This document shows positions 61,401 through 64,000 of a stretch of 64,000 bases of DNA, piece after piece. The DNA is from Podarcis gaigeae. Lineage: Eukaryota. Where the stretch lies: assembly GCA_964106915.2 (NCBI GenBank), contig OZ066922.1. One strand, written 5' to 3'. The first letter of the stretch is position 1, and every line of letters begins with the position of its first letter. The notes beneath the pieces are model-generated. The model was not told the origin of the DNA and ran no database searches. It saw only the letters and a program-made list of their open reading frames with translations. The position numbers and the translations under genes are program-made.

Positions 61401-63183
61401 CAAGAGACTGATGGCACTCCAAGGACTAACCCAAAATGTATTGTGATATCAGCATTCATGGATCAGAGGCCACCTAGTCAGAGACATGGAACGGCCACCT
61501 AAGTGGGCGAGGAGACCACTTCTGAGGTTGCAGGGTTTGAACTCTATCCAGGTGGCTCTCCACCTGCTCACTGACTGCTCACTTGGTGCACCTGGCAATG
61601 AAACTCTGGCCCCAGCCTTTCAGATGCCATAGGATTCTTGACTGTTGCAACAGAGCAAACCAACAAATCCAGCTCTTGTTCCTAGTCAGTCACCACCACT
61701 TCAGACTCCATGATTAGACTTCTTTGCCCCAATATACATCGCTTGATACTTGCACCTGCCGTTTTGCTGCCATTTCACTCATTTCAGACTCTTTCTACAG
61801 CTTCTTACAATCCTGTGGTTTTTTAAAAAAAATCACGCTAAATAACATAGTATCATTGTTCATCCCCAAATTTGGCCACCTCACTGCTCATCCCCAACTC
61901 TAGATCTTTCATGAACAAGTTAAGAAGCAGAGGTCTCTCCTTTCTTGTAACTTGAGTCCATTGGCATAGGCCCTACCCTCCAGAGCAGGCGAAAACAAGC
62001 TTGCCCCACCTACTTCCTTCCAATGGGAGAACTGCCTCTGCTTCCTGTTTCTTAACCAGTTATTGATCCACAAGGGGACCTTTATCCCATGACTATTGAG
62101 CTTACTCAGGGGTTTCTGGGATGCAGCATTTTATCAAAAGCTCTTTGAAAGCCCAATTACACAATGTCAACGGAATCACCCCTATCTGTATGCTTGTTAC
62201 AAAACTCTCAAGGTTTTGTAAACTGTTTGAAGGTTTTCTTACAATCAAGTTGTACTGTATAAGAATTGTGTGGGACGGAAATATACAAATAAAAGAATGC
62301 TAAAAGGTTAATGAGACAGGACCTAACCTTGCAGAAGCCATGCTGGTTCTGTTTCAACCAGGCTTGTCCTATCTGCTTCATAATTCCACATTTCATAATT
62401 CTTCCCACCAGTTTCCCCAGGGCAGACATTCATCTAACTGGCCTGTCATTTCCCAGATCTCTTCTGGGGCCCTTTTTGAAAACTGGTGATCCATCAGCTA
62501 CTTTCCAGCTTGACTGCTGCATTTCCCATTGCCTTGCCCTTCAGAGAACTCCCTTCTGCTGGTCCTGTGAACAAGGAGGAGGCTGGAAACCTCTCACCTT
62601 TTGCTTTCCTCTTGGATTACTGAGCTGTGCCAATGGCCCAGCTTTAGCCTTGGGTCCCCAGGGATGTGTCCAGGCCCTTGTGATCATGTCAGATTGGGCA
62701 GGAAATCAGGTGACAGATGTCTCAAGGGAGCCAGCTCAGAGGCATTTCTTCCCTCCCACACTCAGAGCCACTTTTCTCCGGGACAAGCAAAGCTCAAATT
62801 CTTTCACCTGGTTAATGAAATGCCCTGAGGATGGGTGCTCCTCTTTCTCCTCTGGGCCTCCCCACCTGCATTTCCCATGCCAGCCCAGCCCCCTATTCCC
62901 TCCCTCAGAAAGTGCAACACTTCACAGGCTGCTCTCCTTCTCCTGACCCACACTTCGCCCTAAGGTCCAAGCTGGGCCATCAAGGACAGCAGGAGGATGT
63001 GGGGCTTGTCTACAAATGCAGTGATGGAGCCCCTTTCCTGGGAGGAGATCAGCTGCCTTGCCTCACCGTGGCTTCCCAAGGTCCTCTGTGGTGCAAGGCC
63101 AGGAGATGGCTGAGCTGCTCCTGGACTAACTGAGAGTCATCTGAGACACGCAGGATGGCCCCATAATACTGATAGAGAAAGAC
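37543..63183 (-). CDS. MROH5: Maestro heat-like repeat protein, MROH5-like (5' part outside the window). Exons 5'->3': 63067-63183, 60946-61065, 59931-60056, 55254-55376, 54590-54669, 54053-54188, 51432-51527, 50852-50956, 49702-49837, 49057-49172, 47707-47856, 46755-46912, 46491-46626, 46075-46265, 45178-45315, 44901-45018, 44488-44631, 43654-43830, 42041-42196, 40788-40910, 39097-39199, 38484-38558, 37543-37636
   Basis: The 23 exons join in phase (2918 nt, no stop). Peptides [109 protein letters not shown] and GHTLNYY are colinear with human MROH5 as I recall it. Strict orthology versus a paralogue is not established. Confidence 0.85.
39830..40127 (-). mobile_element. L2 LINE 3' end
   Basis: [15 protein letters not shown]...[14 protein letters not shown] and a simple-repeat tail. 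Confidence 0.85.
41368..41695 (+). mobile_element. L1-type 3' UTR insertion
   Basis: 18-bp TSD AGGAGTTTCCCATTGTCA at 41350-41367 and 41696-41713; A-rich tail. Confidence 0.75.
42587..43403 (-). mobile_element. Solo LTR, copy 1 (817 bp; Gypsy-like or ERV), containing a 216-aa ORF (43363-42713)
   Basis: TGTCAG...CTGACA termini, 5-bp TSD ACAAC, minus-strand AATAAA at 42655-42660. Confidence 0.9.
47240..47690 (+). mobile_element. L2 LINE 3' end
   Basis: Degenerate L2 C-terminus, including CCAGCAGGTGAAGACCTTCTTGTTCCAACAGGCTTT. Confidence 0.7.
50121..50480 (-). mobile_element. L2 3' end with (CAT/CAC)n microsatellite tail (50121-50170)
   Basis: [11 protein letters not shown] motif on the minus strand plus a simple-repeat tail. 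Confidence 0.75.
52008..52960 (+). mobile_element. BovB (RTE) LINE 3' portion interrupted by an L1 3' UTR (52294-52619)
   Basis: [40 protein letters not shown] and a (CAA)n tail. The inner insertion is flanked by GAGAGTC(C/T)CATGGACTGCA (52275-52293, 52620-52638) and ends in poly(A). Confidence 0.9.
55522..57543 (+). mobile_element. 5'-truncated L1 (ORF2 C-terminus open at 56549-57202 with zinc knuckle), split by solo LTR copy 2
   Basis: [22 protein letters not shown]|TLDLEGHD reads through once the LTR is removed; CWKC...HLWWAC motif; AATAAA and poly(A); short TSD AAAATCT. Confidence 0.88.
55591..56416 (-). mobile_element. Solo LTR, copy 2 (826 bp), same family as copy 1
   Basis: Same termini, its own 5-bp TSD GACAC, and a 9-bp insertion relative to copy 1. 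Confidence 0.9.
58397..58449. repeat. (TAC)n microsatellite, probably an L2 tail
   Basis: Read directly; followed by L2-like 3' sequence. Confidence 0.9.
58980..59075 (-). mobile_element. Very short BovB 3' end
   Basis: GTTGTTGTTTAGTCGTTTAGTCGTGTCCGACTCTTCGTGACCCCATGG, closely matching the copy at 7165. Confidence 0.85.
61690..62500 (-). mobile_element. Degenerate CR1 reverse-transcriptase fragment
   Basis: GKLVGRIMK...[18 protein letters not shown] (RT N-terminal motifs) and a FGDEQ remnant of FADD. Confidence 0.75.
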
Positions 63184-63680
63184 CTGTTGGAAGAAGAGGA
63201 AGAAAACAAACACCCACAAGATCACAGGGAGAACCTGGGGTGTGTGTGTGTGTGTGTGTGTATGGGTGGGTGTGGGTGTGAGGGTGTGGGTGTGGTTGAC
63301 TGAGATTTCTTTTCCAAAGCATGTTACAATAGTGTTGTGAGCCTTGGTGGTAGTGGGCTGGGATAGGTGGTATTCCCAAGTCCCTTCTAATTCCTGGATC
63401 CAGCAAGGATTCAGTTGTTGGAATAGCCAGGCCAGTTTCTTGGCAAATTAATAGCCCCTAAGTATGTGCAGCTGGGGTAACAAAGGAAGTGGCTTTGTGC
63501 TGGTAGCTATCCCTTCCTCAACTGGCTTGTAGTTAGAAGGAGAAAAGGCAGAATTGAGGCATGCGTGAGCTGGGCTGGAAGCAGGAGGCTGGCAGAAGCC
63601 TGAGAGGGAGAGACACGCTTTATTTCTGCTTGAAACCAAGGCTGTGACTATGGGAGAAGCAAGACCTTTTGGGGTTAATA

Positions 63681-64000
63681 CATTGGTACCTTGGTTTTCA
63701 AACTTAATCCATTCCGGAAGACTGTTCCAAAACCAAAGCATTCCAAAAGCAAGGTGCGCTTTCCCATAGAAAGTAATGCAAAATGGAATAATCTGTTCCA
63801 GACTTTTAAAAACAACCCCTAAAACAGCAATTTAACATGAATTATACTATCTAACGAGACCATTGATCCATAAAATGAAAGCAATAAAAAATGTACTGCA
63901 GTCACAAACACAAAAAAGAGCTACAAAAACAAAATAAATAGCAAAAACAGACAGACCTCAGAGTAACACTCAAAATGGAAGTGTGGCACTCAAATCGGAA
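63681..64000. mobile_element. Tigger/mariner-type non-autonomous element, running off the window
   Basis: TA followed by CATTGGTACCTTGGTTTTCAAACTTAATCCATTCCGGAAG resembles the CAGTGGTACCTCGG-type TIR. Confidence 0.55.

Overview
Vertebrate genomic DNA, almost certainly a squamate reptile: it carries BovB/RTE, CR1, L2, L1, hAT and Tc1/mariner repeats, and has GC-rich short introns with G-runs. I reconstructed three spliced genes by hand from GT-AG boundaries and codon phase. (1) SEMA4F, + strand, 14 coding exons, 10443-26466, 770 aa, ending in the PDZ ligand CDETSI. (2) An uncharacterised WD40-repeat gene, + strand, 7 coding exons, 29415-32728, 358 aa. Its CpG island holds a near-perfect RFX X-box, which makes it a candidate unrecognised cilia/flagella gene. 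(3) A MROH5-like HEAT-repeat gene, - strand, at least 23 exons. Its 5' end lies beyond the window; it has one GC-AG intron and probably an extra C-terminal tail. Intergenic and intronic DNA holds several nested transposon stacks with exact target-site duplications (TSDs). These include two independent, about 97% identical solo LTRs; copy 1 carries a 216-aa acidic/Arg-rich ORF that is disrupted by one stop in copy 2. Homology calls come from recalled protein sequences and motifs, not from database searches. Most ORFs in the supplied track are GC-rich noise.
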